Shown here: positions 1-10,654 of the stretch, piece by piece
Numbering within the stretch: position 1 is the first letter of the stretch
How the letters are laid out: every line of letters begins with the position of its first letter
Virus record (IMG/VR): IMGVR_UViG_3300017917_001687
Coordinates: 1-64,000 of that record
Origin: a virus
Length of the DNA: 64,000 nt
Strand: one strand, 5' to 3'
The notes under the pieces: model-generated
Databases searched by the model: none
What the model was told of the DNA's origin: nothing
Seen by the model: only the letters and a program-made list of their open reading frames with translations
Position numbers and translations under genes: made by a program

Positions 1-2
1 CA

Positions 3-3000
3 AGTGGTACATCAGGAATTTCTGGAATCAGTGGATTATCTGGCACTTCAGGTATAAGCGGTTTATCTGGTACATCAGGAATTAGTGGTTCAAGTGGAAT
101 TTCTGGAATCAGTGGTCGTTCAGGTATTAGCGGTTTGAGCGGATTATCTGGTACATCGGGAACTTCAGGTATCTCTGGTTTAAGTGGCACATCAGGTATT
201 TCAGGTCAAAGTGGTACTTCTGGTATAAGTGGTTTATCTGGAACATCAGGACTTTCTGGTATAAGTGGATTGAGTGGAAACTCGGGAACATCAGGTATTA
301 GTGGATTATCAGGAACCTCTGGAATCAGCGGTACGTCTGGTATCTCCGGTTCAAGTGGAACCTCAGGTATCTCTGGTTTATCAGGTACAAGCGGTATAAG
401 TGGATTAAGTGGAACATCTGGTATCAGTGGTCTGAGTGGTACGTCTGGTCTTTCAGGTACAAGCGGAACATCTGGTATATCGGGATTATCAGGAACTAGT
501 GGAATTTCAGGTTTATCTGGTACAAGTGGAATAAGTGGCACATCAGGAATTAGTGGAACCAGTGGTATATCTGGATTATCAGGTACTTCGGGTATTAGTG
601 GAACTAGTGGATTAAGTGGAACATCAGGACTTTCAGGTCAAAGTGGTACTAGTGGTATAAGTGGATTGTCAGGAACTTCTGGTATCTCAGGATTAAGTGG
701 TCAATCGGGAACTTCAGGAATTAGTGGAATATCAGGACAATCTGGAACATCTGGTATTAGTGGTTTGAGCGGTCAATCAGGTATCTCTGGATTGAGTGGT
801 ACTTCAGGTTTATCTGGTACAAGTGGTTTAAGTGGTACGTCAGGAATTTCTGGATTAAGTGGAAGATCTGGTATCTCAGGACTTTCGGGAACAAGTGGGT
901 TGTCTGGTACTTCGGGTATAAGTGGAACATCTGGTTTGTCAGGAACATCCGGTACTTCAGGTATAAGTGGATTAAGTGGACAATCTGGTACATCGGGTAT
1001 CTCTGGATTAAGTGGACAATCTGGTACATCGGGTATCTCTGGTACTTCAGGTATCTCTGGATTGAGTGGACAATCTGGTACATCAGGAATTAGTGGTTTA
1101 TCTGGTCAATCAGGAACATCAGGACTTTCGGGTCAATCTGGTACTAGTGGTATTAGTGGAATCTCAGGAATTAGTGGTATAAGCGGATTATCTGGTACTA
1201 GTGGAATAAGTGGAACTTCAGGAACATCGGGAATATCAGGTCAAAGCGGTACTAGTGGTTTATCTGGTACATCAGGTACTTCTGGTATAAGTGGATTGTC
1301 AGGAACTTCAGGTTTATCTGGCACATCTGGATTAAGTGGAACTTCTGGTACGTCAGGTATTAGTGGTTTGAGTGGACAATCTGGAATTAGCGGATTATCG
1401 GGGACTTCTGGTATAAGCGGAACTTCTGGTATTTCAGGTTCAAGTGGTACATCAGGAATTTCTGGAATAAGTGGAATTAGTGGTCGTTCAGGTATAAGTG
1501 GATTAAGTGGAAACTCAGGTACTTCGGGTATCTCTGGTTTATCAGGAACTTCGGGATTGTCTGGAAATAGTGGAATATCAGGACAATCTGGTCTTTCAGG
1601 TACCAGTGGAACTAGTGGTGTTTCAGGATTATCAGGACAATCTGGAACATCAGGAATCTCAGGACTTTCGGGTATAAGTGGATTAAGTGGTACATCTGGT
1701 CTTTCGGGAACATCTGGTACCTCTGGATTATCAGGTCAAAGTGGTACATCAGGAATAAGTGGATTATCTGGAAACTCGGGTTTAAGTGGAACATCAGGTA
1801 TCTCTGGATTTTCAGGTACTTCAGGTATTAGTGGTACATCCGGTATAAGTGGTTTATCAGGTCAATCAGGAACTTCAGGTATATCAGGATTAAGTGGTAC
1901 GTCTGGTGTATCAGGTATCTCTGGTCTTTCAGGTACTAGTGGATTATCGGGTTCAAGCGGAACTTCTGGTCTTTCGGGAACAAGTGGAACTTCTGGTATA
2001 AGTGGTTTATCAGGAACTTCGGGATTGTCTGGAAATAGTGGAATATCAGGACAATCTGGTCTTTCAGGACAATCTGGAACATCTGGTATCTCAGGACTTT
2101 CGGGAATAAGTGGGTTGTCTGGTACTTCAGGTACATCTGGTCTTTCGGGAACATCTGGTACAAGTGGATTATCTGGTCAATCTGGAACATCAGGTATTAG
2201 TGGTTTAAGTGGAGTATCAGGACAATCTGGTACTTCAGGTATATCGGGATTATCTGGTACATCAGGAATCTCTGGATTGAGTGGTAACTCAGGAATAAGT
2301 GGATTGTCAGGAACTTCAGGTTTATCTGGTACAAGTGGATTGTCAGGAACTTCAGGTTTATCTGGTACAAGTGGGTTGAGTGGAATATCAGGACTTTCGG
2401 GTCAATCTGGAACTTCAGGAGTAAGTGGTTTATCAGGACAATCTGGTACATCAGGTATTAGTGGTTTAAGTGGTACTAGTGGAATAAGTGGATTATCTGG
2501 AACCAGTGGAATTAGTGGTCGTTCAGGTATTTCTGGACTAAGTGGTACATCAGGTATTTCTGGGTTATCAGGAACTTCGGGATTGTCTGGAACCAGTGGA
2601 TTATCAGGAATAAGTGGATTATCAGGTCAATCTGGCACATCAGGAATCTCAGGACTTTCAGGTACTTCAGGTACATCTGGTCTTTCGGGAACAAGTGGAA
2701 CATCGGGTATTAGTGGTCAATCGGGTACTTCAGGTATTAGTGGGTTATCTGGTACTTCAGGTATATCGGGTACGTCAGGAACCTCTGGATTATCAGGTCA
2801 AAGTGGAACATCGGGTATTTCTGGAATTAGTGGACTTTCTGGTACAAGTGGTACTTCTGGTATCTCGGGACAATCTGGATCCTCAGGTATCTCTGGTTTA
2901 TCAGGAACATCCGGAACTTCAGGTATATCAGGATTAAGTGGTGTTAGTGGAACATCGGGTATTTCAGGACAATCTGGTACTTCTGGTCTTTCAGGTTCAA

Positions 3001-3650
3001 GTGGAACATCAGGTATTTCTGGATTAAGTGGAACCTCAGGTACATCAGGATTGTCTGGAAATAGTGGAACATCAGGATTATCAGGAACATCTGGAACATC
3101 GGGATTATCAGGAACTAGTGGAACATCAGGTTTATCAGGTCAAAGCGGTACTTCTGGTATATCGGGATTATCAGGAACTTCGGGAATCTCGGGCGTGTCA
3201 GGTATTAGTGGACGTTCTGGTATCAGTGGTCTTGTGGGTGAATCGGGATTAAGTGGAAGAAGTGGTATTTCAGGATTATCTGGTACTTCGGGAACTTCAG
3301 GTATTTCTGGATTAAGTGGAACCTCAGGTACATCAGGAATCAGTGGTTTATCTGGTACTAGTGGTACATCAGGTATTAGTGGAACTTCAGGATTATCTGG
3401 TACTTCGGGAACTTCAGGTATTTCTGGATTATCTGGTTCTTCGGGATTGTCTGGAACTAGTGGTTTATCAGGTACGAGTGGAATATCGGGATTAAGTGGT
3501 ACTTCTGGCATCTCAGGATTATCTGGTAATAGTGGAACATCGGGAATTAGTGGAATATCAGGACAATCTGGAACTTCAGGTATAAGTGGATTAAGTGGTC
3601 GTTCTGGTATCTCTGGTATAAATGGTACTAACGGAACCAACGGAACCAAC
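3..3650 (+). repeat. 9-bp-period coding tandem repeat (SGX)n
   Basis: Degenerate tcN/agt-ggN-NNN units; contains exact internal duplications, e.g. 1535-1600 = 2003-2068. Confidence 0.95.
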
Positions 3651-5051
3651 GGAGCATTATCATTAACGTGGGATCTGAATACATCTTCATCGTCTAGTCC
3701 AAGTACTGGAGAATTTAACACATATAACGGATCAACGTATGGTACATTAACATTTAGTTTAATTCAAAAATTAGTAATTAATGAAACATCAATACAGGGT
3801 ATTGCCACATCATTATTAGATACGATAAGTACGGCATTATCTAATAATCAAAAAGTATACCTTCAGATTACTGAATCTGATGACAACACAACTACGAGTT
3901 CTTTTCAAGTAACCGCCATTAGTTTATCCTCTGGTGTTTACACTCTTGACGTTACTGCATTATATGCAAATGGTACGATGACAAACGGAGATCGTTATGT
4001 AATCTCTACTAGTATAGGTGGATTATCTGGAACTAGCGGATTGTCAGGAACAGCGGGTAGTGCAGGTAGTGCGGGTACATCAGGTATCAGTGGATTGTCA
4101 GGAACAGCGGGTAGTGCGGGTACATCAGGTATCAGTGGATTAAGTGGACAATCTGGAACTTCAGGATTAAGTGGAACATCTGGCACATCAGGTATTAGTG
4201 GTGTATCAGGAAGAAGTGGAATTTCAGGTTTAAGTGGAATTTCAGGTTTAAGTGGAATTTCAGGTTTAAGTGGAATTTTACCGGCAGGTGTGAGCGGTTC
4301 GGTACCATATCACAATGGAACAAGCTGGGTTGTTAACAGTTTAAACTTATTCCATAATGGTTCTGTTGTTGGTGTTGGATTAAGTGCCCCAACCGCAGAA
4401 TTACATGTTAGAGGTTCGGGTTCAACAAGTGGATCAACCACATTAAGAATTGAAAATAGTGGGGCAACACCATCATTAGTGGTTAGAGATGATGGTAATG
4501 TTGGTATCGGTACAGCATCACCAACATCAAAATTATTAGTGTCGGGAACAACAAACGTAGTAAGTATTGTTGGTAGTGGAAGTACATTACCATTATTCAC
4601 GGTTCAAGGGTCGTTAGGTGAGTTATTTTCTGTTACAGATAGTTTAACCGGTTCGTTATTTAGTGTTAACGATATATCAGGATTACCAATATTAGAAGTT
4701 TTCTCTGATAACACAATAACCGCAGGTGATTACGCGGCACCTGCATTGATTACAACAGATAAACTAACGATAGCGGCAAGTGGAACCACATATGATTTAT
4801 TCACAATACCATCTACTTACGACACTGCATTTGTTGATTACACAGTTAGAAACTCTGCAGGCACAAGAGCGGGTCAAATCGCAGCAACATGGAGTGGCAC
4901 AACAATTGTTTTCAGTGAAACAACGACAACCGATATTGGTAGTACAACACCTGTTTCGGTGTTTGTGAGAATGTCAGGATCAACCGCAATAGTATCAACA
5001 TCGGCAACAACAACTAACTGGGTGGTTAAAACAATTTTAAGGGGTATTTAA
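3..5051 (+). CDS. Giant (Gly-X-Ser)n collagen-like/glycine-rich fibre protein, 5'-truncated by window edge
   Basis: Frame is open from position 3 (agt ggt aca tca gga...), so the 135 start is not the real one. About 400 uninterrupted G-[TILQ]-S triplets, a globular insert, a second repeat block, then fibre-type GNVGIGT motifs near the C-terminus. Confidence 0.85.
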   Translation, partial: SGTSGISGISGLSGTSGISGLSGTSGISGSSGISGISGRSGISGLSGLSGTSGTSGISGLSGTSGISGQSGTSGISGLSGTSGLSGISGLSGNSGTSGISGLSGTSGISGTSGISGSSGTSGISGLSGTSGISGLSGTSGISGLSGTSGLSGTSGTSGISGLSGTSGISGLSGTSGISGTSGISGTSGISGLSGTSGISGTSGLSGTSGLSGQSGTSGISGLSGTSGISGLSGQSGTSGISGISGQSGTSGISGLSGQSGISGLSGTSGLSGTSGLSGTSGISGLSGRSGISGLSGTSGLSGTSGISGTSGLSGTSGTSGISGLSGQSGTSGISGLSGQSGTSGISGTSGISGLSGQSGTSGISGLSGQSGTSGLSGQSGTSGISGISGISGISGLSGTSGISGTSGTSGISGQSGTSGLSGTSGTSGISGLSGTSGLSGTSGLSGTSGTSGISGLSGQSGISGLSGTSGISGTSGISGSSGTSGISGISGISGRSGISGLSGNSGTSGISGLSGTSGLSGNSGISGQSGLSGTSGTSGVSGLSGQSGTSGISGLSGISGLSGTSGLSGTSGTSGLSGQSGTSGISGLSGNSGLSGTSGISGFSGTSGISGTSGISGLSGQSGTSGISGLSGTSGVSGISGLSGTSGLSGSSGTSGLSGTSGTSGISGLSGTSGLSGNSGISGQSGLSGQSGTSGISGLSGISGLSGTSGTSGLSGTSGTSGLSGQSGTSGISGLSGVSGQSGTSGISGLSGTSGISGLSGNSGISGLSGTSGLSGTSGLSGTSGLSGTSGLSGISGLSGQSGTSGVSGLSGQSGTSGISGLSGTSGISGLSGTSGISGRSGISGLSGTSGISGLSGTSGLSGTSGLSGISGLSGQSGTSGISGLSGTSGTSGLSGTSGTSGISGQSGTSGISGLSGTSGISGTSGTSGLSGQSGTSGISGISGLSGTSGTSGISGQSGSSGISGLSGTSGTSGISGLSGVSGTSGISGQSGTSGLSGSSGTSGISGLSGTSGTSGLSGNSGTSGLSGTSGTSGLSGTSGTSGLSGQSGTSGISGLSGTSGISGVSGISGRSGISGLVGESGLSGRSGISGLSGTSGTSGISGLSGTSGTSGISGLSGTSGTSGISGTSGLSGTSGTSGISGLSGSSGLSGTSGLSGTSGISGLSGTSGISGLSGNSGTSGISGISGQSGTSGISGLSGRSGISGINGTNGTNGTNGALSLTWDLNTSSSSSPSTGEFNTYNGSTYGTLTFSLIQKLVINETSIQGIATSLLDTISTALSNNQKVYLQITESDDNTTTSSFQVTAISLSSGVYTLDVTALYANGTMTNGDRYVISTSIGGLSGTSGLSGTAGSAGSAGTSGISGLSGTAGSAGTSGISGLSGQSGTSGLSGTSGTSGISGVSGRSGISGLSGISGLSGISGLSGILPAGVSGSVPYHNGTSWVVNSLNLFHNGSVVGVGLSAPTAELHVRGSGSTSGSTTLRIENSGATPSLVVRDDGNVGIGTASPTSKLLVSGTTNVVSIVGSGSTLPLFTVQGSLGELFSVTDSLTGSLFSVNDISGLPILEVFSDNTITAGDYAAPALITTDKLTIAASGTTYDLFTIPSTYDTAFVDYTVRNSAGTRAGQIAATWSGTTIVFSETTTTDIGSTTPVSVFVRMSGSTAIVSTSATTTNWVVKTILRGI

Positions 5052-5055
5052 TAAT

Positions 5056-5769
5056 ATGGCATTTAATTATTCACCAAAAATAATAACAGATGGTTTAGTA
5101 TTGTATTTAGATGCGGCCAATACTAAAAGTTACCCAACTACTGGAACAACTTGGAGTGATATTTCAAGGGTGGGTAATAACTGTAGTTTAACTAATGGTC
5201 CAATATTTAATAGCCAAAATGGAGGAAGTATTGTGTTTGATGGTACCGATGATTATGGTTTAATGAATAACGTCATAAATCTATCCAATAGATTTACTAT
5301 AAATGCTTGGGTTAGATTAAATTCTACCACACCACAACCTACAAACTTTTCTAATAGGGTAATATTAATATCTAATTGTTATCCTTATCAAGCAAACAAA
5401 GGATTCTTAATGTCGGCATCTGGGAACAATGGATCTGATTTTTGGATTTCACTAGGTGCCGACCAAAAATTTGCAGTTTCAACAACTGGTTATACTTCAC
5501 CAAATACTAACATCATGTTAACCGCTACAGTTAATGCTGGAGATAGTAATATAAAATTATTTTTCAATGGACAAGAGGTTTCTTACAACACCAGAACTGA
5601 TGGAAACATTAGTTTAGCATATGATGTGGGCAGTACACAAATTGGTTTTAGATCGACTGGTGATATTATGAACGGAAGATTATATTCGATGCAGTTATAT
5701 AATCGAGCACTATCAGATTTAGAAGTATTACAAAACTATAACACGACAAGAACAAGATTCGGATTATAA
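5056..5769 (+). CDS. LamG/concanavalin A-like lectin-domain virion protein
   Basis: IITDGLVLYLDAAN...FDGTDDY...YNRALSDLEVLQNYN pattern typical of phage LamG-like proteins. Confidence 0.8.
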   Translation: MAFNYSPKIITDGLVLYLDAANTKSYPTTGTTWSDISRVGNNCSLTNGPIFNSQNGGSIVFDGTDDYGLMNNVINLSNRFTINAWVRLNSTTPQPTNFSNRVILISNCYPYQANKGFLMSASGNNGSDFWISLGADQKFAVSTTGYTSPNTNIMLTATVNAGDSNIKLFFNGQEVSYNTRTDGNISLAYDVGSTQIGFRSTGDIMNGRLYSMQLYNRALSDLEVLQNYNTTRTRFGL

Positions 5770-5773
5770 AATT

Positions 5774-6445
5774 ATGTCAGCAACAATTGCACCAAATATG
5801 ATAACAGATGGTCTAATATTCTACTTAGACGCAGGAAATACCAAAAGTTATATTGGTACTGGAACAACATGGAATGATTTAGGTAGTACTAATTTAAAAG
5901 GAACCTTAACCAATGGTCCAACATTTAGTAGTGCTAGTGGTGGTACCATTACATTTGATGGTACAAATGATTATGTATCAATGTCTTCACTTTCTCTCGT
6001 AATAACAGGTGGTACTTTTATTGTATGGGTAAGAAGAAATGGTATTCAGGTTAATTTTACAGGATTACTATATAATAGAGTTAGTTTAGGTACAGGTTTA
6101 TCTTTAGCTGCTGATATGATTAATTATAGTTGGAATAATGAACCTAATACTTATAATTGGGTGAGTAACCTAACCATACCAAATTTACAATTTTCTATGT
6201 GTGCAATATCAGTGAATAGTACATCTGCAGTTGCCTACTTATGCCAATCCTCAGGAATTTCGTCAGCAACTAATAATGTAAGTCACGGAAGTGCAACATT
6301 AGAAACGTTGTGGGTTGGTTACGATGGTATTGACCCCAGATATTTTAAGGGTAATATTGGTCAAGCATTTATATATAATAGGGATTTATCATCCACAGAA
6401 ATAGAACAAATTTTTAGAGTAACAAAAATAAGATATGGATTATAA
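5774..6445 (+). CDS. LamG/concanavalin A-like protein (paralog 2)
   Basis: ITDGLIFYLDAGN, FDGTNDY, YNRDLSSTEI; clear paralog of 5056. Confidence 0.8.
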   Translation: MSATIAPNMITDGLIFYLDAGNTKSYIGTGTTWNDLGSTNLKGTLTNGPTFSSASGGTITFDGTNDYVSMSSLSLVITGGTFIVWVRRNGIQVNFTGLLYNRVSLGTGLSLAADMINYSWNNEPNTYNWVSNLTIPNLQFSMCAISVNSTSAVAYLCQSSGISSATNNVSHGSATLETLWVGYDGIDPRYFKGNIGQAFIYNRDLSSTEIEQIFRVTKIRYGL

Positions 6446-6698
6446 CAATAGAGAATATATGATTTTTAGCATAACGGAGTTATCTAAAATCGATTTTAGT
6501 CAAGTACTGGAAACATCATCAGAAACTGTTAGAAAATCAGTTGATGGTACAAAAACATTTGTAAAATGGGTTGGCGAAACCATTCCCTCAAGCGTAGAAA
6601 GTTTAATAACAAAAGAGGGTCCTTACACTCACGATGAGATTATTGTAATTTTATCAACATCTGAGTGGATTGATCCTAATATGTTTATGGGAGGTTAA
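6435..6698 (+). CDS. Hypothetical small phage protein
   Basis: 87-aa ORF tightly coupled to its neighbours. Confidence 0.7.
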   Translation: MDYNNREYMIFSITELSKIDFSQVLETSSETVRKSVDGTKTFVKWVGETIPSSVESLITKEGPYTHDEIIVILSTSEWIDPNMFMGG

Positions 6699-6699
6699 T

Positions 6700-7473
6700 A
6701 TGAGTAGTGTTGGAAATTGGAGGGGTCCGGATATAGTAAAAGATGGGTTGGTGTTCTATTTTAATGCAGCATCCCCCAATTCATTTTATTCCCCCTCATC
6801 AAGCACATTGGTAAAAAATATTGTGGATTTTTCTACCACTTCTTCATTAACCGGATCTTTAGTAAATGGTGCTTCATTTAGTAGTGGATTTGGTGGTACT
6901 TTTAATTTTGATGGTGTGGATGATCATATTGCTTTAGGTACATTTCCATCTATTAGTTTTGCAAATGGTATAACAATAGATGTTGTGGTTAGGTTTACAG
7001 CACTTGGAGGTGGTGGTTGGGAAAGGTTCATAGATTTAACATCACAAACAGGTACTTTAATTCAGTTTGGACGACATTCTGTTTTTTCAAATGTGTTTTT
7101 TTCTTGTAAGAATATCACAGGGGGCGATGCAGCACTAAATCGACGCTTTCAAAGTACTGGAACAACCATAACAACCAATCAAATAACAATGTATTCGGTC
7201 ACCCTACCCGCTGGTACACCAGGTGATGTTACCCCAGGTTGTGTACTTTATAGAAACGGGGCGGTGATAAATGGTCAATTAGCAACCGCCAACGAAAACC
7301 CCAGATTACCATCAACACAATCCAGAGAGATTGGATATATTGCAAGATCACCATTTGCAGGTAATTCTTTTTTAAATGGATCTGTATACCAATTAAAGAT
7401 ATATAATAGACAATTAACTGCCACGGAAGTTCTTAAAAACTACAACGCAATAAAAGGTATATTCGGTATATAG
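6700..7473 (+). CDS. LamG/concanavalin A-like protein (paralog 3)
   Basis: IVKDGLVFYFNAA, FDGVDDH, YNRQLTATEVLKNYN; start moved to ATG 6700, just after the upstream stop. Confidence 0.8.
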   Translation: MSSVGNWRGPDIVKDGLVFYFNAASPNSFYSPSSSTLVKNIVDFSTTSSLTGSLVNGASFSSGFGGTFNFDGVDDHIALGTFPSISFANGITIDVVVRFTALGGGGWERFIDLTSQTGTLIQFGRHSVFSNVFFSCKNITGGDAALNRRFQSTGTTITTNQITMYSVTLPAGTPGDVTPGCVLYRNGAVINGQLATANENPRLPSTQSREIGYIARSPFAGNSFLNGSVYQLKIYNRQLTATEVLKNYNAIKGIFGI

Positions 7474-7507
7474 TTAATATTTATAATAAAACAAAAATAA
7501 AATTAAT

Positions 7508-8323
7508 ATGCCAAACGAATTGAAAATAAATAATGGTGCCGAGGTTATTGGTAGTATTTCATTGGGTAGTGGTACAACAACAAATGCCGTTATACAAAGA
7601 AGACAGACACCAGCAGTATCATCAGGTAGTGGTGCAACAATATACTCAACTATTTTTGCCGCTGGTAATGGAATAGGAAACACATCCCCATATACCATGA
7701 GAGATGATCATGGTGCAACCATAGAATTAAGAGCGGGTACTCCAACATCAGATCAGTATGGTGGTGGTATTTTTATTAGTGCAAACGGTCATACAAGTGC
7801 ATTGGGTAATGGTAACGCTATTGTATTTAGGAATCGTACAGGTGTTGATACATACACAGAACGCATGAGGATTGCGAAAGATGGTAAAGTTGGTATAAAC
7901 AGTAGTTCCCCAAACGCACAACTTACAGTTCAAACTAGTGTGGGTGGGCTTGGGTTAAATGTGACAGATGCAACTGGTAGTGATCTTAATGTGACCCCTG
8001 GTGTTTCTTCAGGTGTTGTTAGGGTAGGACCAAGTGTGGGTCAAATGGCATTTTACGCCAATGGTTCCGAAGCCATGCGTATTGATACTGATCTACAGGT
8101 GGGTATAGGTGTTACCACCATAGGTGCAAGGCTTCATGTAAATGGATCTATAAGGGTAGATAATCAAGCATATGTTAGTGTTCTTGGAACAAATACCGGT
8201 ACTCCAACCCAATATTATGGTAGTGATGGTTCTATTTATTTAAGCGACCCCGCATATTGGTTAAAAATATTCTTAGATGATAGTAGTACTAATTATTACA
8301 TACCCGTTTATATATCAACATAA
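7508..8323 (+). CDS. Tail fibre-like structural protein
   Basis: Two ERMRI..GKVGI / EAMRI..QVGIG fibre repeats; preceded by TATTTATA at 7478. Confidence 0.65.
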   Translation: MPNELKINNGAEVIGSISLGSGTTTNAVIQRRQTPAVSSGSGATIYSTIFAAGNGIGNTSPYTMRDDHGATIELRAGTPTSDQYGGGIFISANGHTSALGNGNAIVFRNRTGVDTYTERMRIAKDGKVGINSSSPNAQLTVQTSVGGLGLNVTDATGSDLNVTPGVSSGVVRVGPSVGQMAFYANGSEAMRIDTDLQVGIGVTTIGARLHVNGSIRVDNQAYVSVLGTNTGTPTQYYGSDGSIYLSDPAYWLKIFLDDSSTNYYIPVYIST

Positions 8324-8338
8324 CCAACATAAATTTTG

Positions 8339-8346
8339 TATATTTG
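8339..8346 (+). promoter_or_regulatory. Bacteroidota sigma70-like -7 element (TATATTTG) upstream of glycosylation operon
   Basis: Matches the TAnnTTTG consensus; lies in the intergenic gap 8324-8393. Confidence 0.4.
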
Positions 8347-8393
8347 GTTTACTATTGTTTTTTTTTAGGTTATTTTTTTAACCAAAAAAGATA

Positions 8394-9665
8394 ATGGATA
8401 CAACTGTTGTGATTCATAGTGAATCAAACGAAAAATTATTAACCATATTAAAAAAAATGGATAAATTTAGGATTCAAAGAAACCTATCCATTTTTGTACA
8501 TTCAAAAAATTATTTTCCAGAAGACGATTGTAAAAAATACGTTGTAAATTACAAAACGTATGCCATTTTCCCAACAGAAAAAAACACAATAGATTCTATC
8601 GTTGAGATGCTTTTAAGGGTAAAAACCAAAAACGTATTAATTGTTAATGAAGATTCACCAGATTTTTCTTTTGAAAAGTGGGACAATAAAAACCACAACT
8701 ATCTGTTTGGTGATTTACAAGATATTTTAAAACTAAAATTTGACACCAAATATGAGGGTTTATACAATTTCGTTATAGATTTAAAATCACAATACAATAA
8801 AACAAAATACGAAACCGATTTATCTACCAAAGACGGACTAAGATATTCAAACAAAATAAAAAATCCATTATTTGATGAAAACATAATTTACATTGATGGT
8901 GGTTTGGGTGATCATATTATGGCACTTCCATTATTGGAGAGTATGGGTGGTAATTTATATATTTCATGTAAGTATCCATTTGTTTTTAATCACATAAAAA
9001 ATAAAGGTTTTATCGATTGGAACGATGAGTTGTTTGGTGGTTATAACAGGTTTGTTTACGAATATGGATCAAGAAATAACTCCAAAACAATTATCGATGC
9101 GTTTTTTGAGTTATATGGTAAAAAAAGAACAGAAAAAGACATTCTAAAATACAATGGTGAATCAACAATTGTACAAGAATTATTAAATAAAAAATTGGCA
9201 TTAATTTGTACAAGTGCCGCCAAAATACAAAACCAAGACTCAAATAAAGATTGGAGAGATATTAGGTGGTTCAAACTTATTCATGAATTAAAAAAAATGG
9301 GTTATTTTGTTGTACAAGTGGGTACCACAAAAGACAATCAAATACCAAATGTGGATTACAAATTTTTAGATAAACCATTATCTGAATTAAAATTTGTTAT
9401 TGAAAACTCATCATTATGGATTAGTGTTGATACTTTTTTTCACCACTTTGCATCTGCAATAAAACCAAACGTTGGTATTTGTTTAACTCCTTTTTATAAT
9501 GACCACGCTAAACATCCCGGAGTAACATACATTGAAAAAGATTGTGGTAAAAATTTCTCGGACAGAAAATGGTGGCTGGACTTACAACAACCAGAAAGAA
9601 AAGAATGTATGGATTTAATAATGGTTGATGATGTTTTAAAAAACATAGAAAAAAGATATGAATAA
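8394..9665 (+). CDS. GT9-like (heptosyltransferase-type) glycosyltransferase
   Basis: DGGLGDHIMALP and ISVDTFFHHFASA motifs, as in GT9 GLGD...D[ST]G..H.A.A. Confidence 0.75.
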   Translation: MDTTVVIHSESNEKLLTILKKMDKFRIQRNLSIFVHSKNYFPEDDCKKYVVNYKTYAIFPTEKNTIDSIVEMLLRVKTKNVLIVNEDSPDFSFEKWDNKNHNYLFGDLQDILKLKFDTKYEGLYNFVIDLKSQYNKTKYETDLSTKDGLRYSNKIKNPLFDENIIYIDGGLGDHIMALPLLESMGGNLYISCKYPFVFNHIKNKGFIDWNDELFGGYNRFVYEYGSRNNSKTIIDAFFELYGKKRTEKDILKYNGESTIVQELLNKKLALICTSAAKIQNQDSNKDWRDIRWFKLIHELKKMGYFVVQVGTTKDNQIPNVDYKFLDKPLSELKFVIENSSLWISVDTFFHHFASAIKPNVGICLTPFYNDHAKHPGVTYIEKDCGKNFSDRKWWLDLQQPERKECMDLIMVDDVLKNIEKRYE

Positions 9666-10650
9666 AATAAAGGTTAAAATCCATTCGAATGATTTTGATA
9701 TAGATAATTGTTCTAATTGGAGATCCAATTTACAATATAATGGGGAAATTGAAGATGTGGAAATAACTTTCTACAAATCACATGTTTATTATTTTGAAGA
9801 TGATTTAAATTACGATGTGATTGTATTTATTAGACCACTACTAGGTTATGCCGAATACATCAAAGCACTAAAAAACGCAGGAAAAATAGTGATTGTGGAT
9901 TTTGACGATCCACTTCCAATGGTTTTTGATAAATCACTAGTGAAAGAAAATATAATACAAACATTATCAATATTTGATAGTTGTGATTTAGTTACAACAA
10001 CAAATGAAAGTATGAAAACATATTTTTATTACCATACATATAAAGATAAAATTGAGATATTACCCAATGTGATAAATAAAAAATTTGTTAATAAGAATAA
10101 AAAAAACAACTCTGATAAAATTATTTTAGGTTGGTTTGGGAATGGTGGTCACATAAGCTCTTTACAACAGATTAATGATATTATCTTAAAAATTTTAAAT
10201 GAGAATGAAAACGTTTTTTTAAACTTATATTCAGATAATAATAATATTTTTGAGTTATTTAATCACCCAAAAACGAATAAAATAAACTATGTTTATAATT
10301 TTGAAATTTTTCAAGATAGTTTGAATGATGTTGATATAAATTTAGCACCACTAGATGAAAATTATTTTAATTTAAATAAATCAAACATAAGAATCATTTT
10401 ACCCGGATATAAAGGTATACCTTCAGTTGCAACCAATTTTGGTGAATATAAAAAAATAGGAAAGGATAACATACTTTTATGTGATTCTGGTGAAGATTGG
10501 TATAATAATTTAATGTTGTTAATAAATGATTCAAACTTAAGAAAAAACATGGGATACAACATTCAAAAATATGTTGAGGAGTATTTTTCTTTTGAAAAAT
10601 GGTCAACGATTAAAAGTAAAATGTTTAAAAATCTAATAAACAAAAACTAA
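9658..10650 (+). CDS. GT-B fold (GT4-like) glycosyltransferase
   Basis: VDFDD, LPNVI, ILGWFG, DINLAPL..N.FN..KSN, GIPSVAT motifs. Confidence 0.75.
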   Translation: MNKIKVKIHSNDFDIDNCSNWRSNLQYNGEIEDVEITFYKSHVYYFEDDLNYDVIVFIRPLLGYAEYIKALKNAGKIVIVDFDDPLPMVFDKSLVKENIIQTLSIFDSCDLVTTTNESMKTYFYYHTYKDKIEILPNVINKKFVNKNKKNNSDKIILGWFGNGGHISSLQQINDIILKILNENENVFLNLYSDNNNIFELFNHPKTNKINYVYNFEIFQDSLNDVDINLAPLDENYFNLNKSNIRIILPGYKGIPSVATNFGEYKKIGKDNILLCDSGEDWYNNLMLLINDSNLRKNMGYNIQKYVEEYFSFEKWSTIKSKMFKNLINKN

Positions 10651-10654
10651 TAAT

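Noticed and set aside
3-4280. Possible CRISPR array or satellite
   Set aside because: The repeats are degenerate in-frame codons with no repeat-spacer structure.
206-4600. Antisense and off-frame ORFs (PEVP/PLIP- or YQ-rich) over the repeat gene
   Set aside because: Shadows of the 9-bp periodic coding repeat; no independent signals.
5056-8323. Diversity-generating retroelement targeting LamG or fibre genes
   Set aside because: No reverse transcriptase in the window and no TR/VR pair with adenine-specific mismatches seen.
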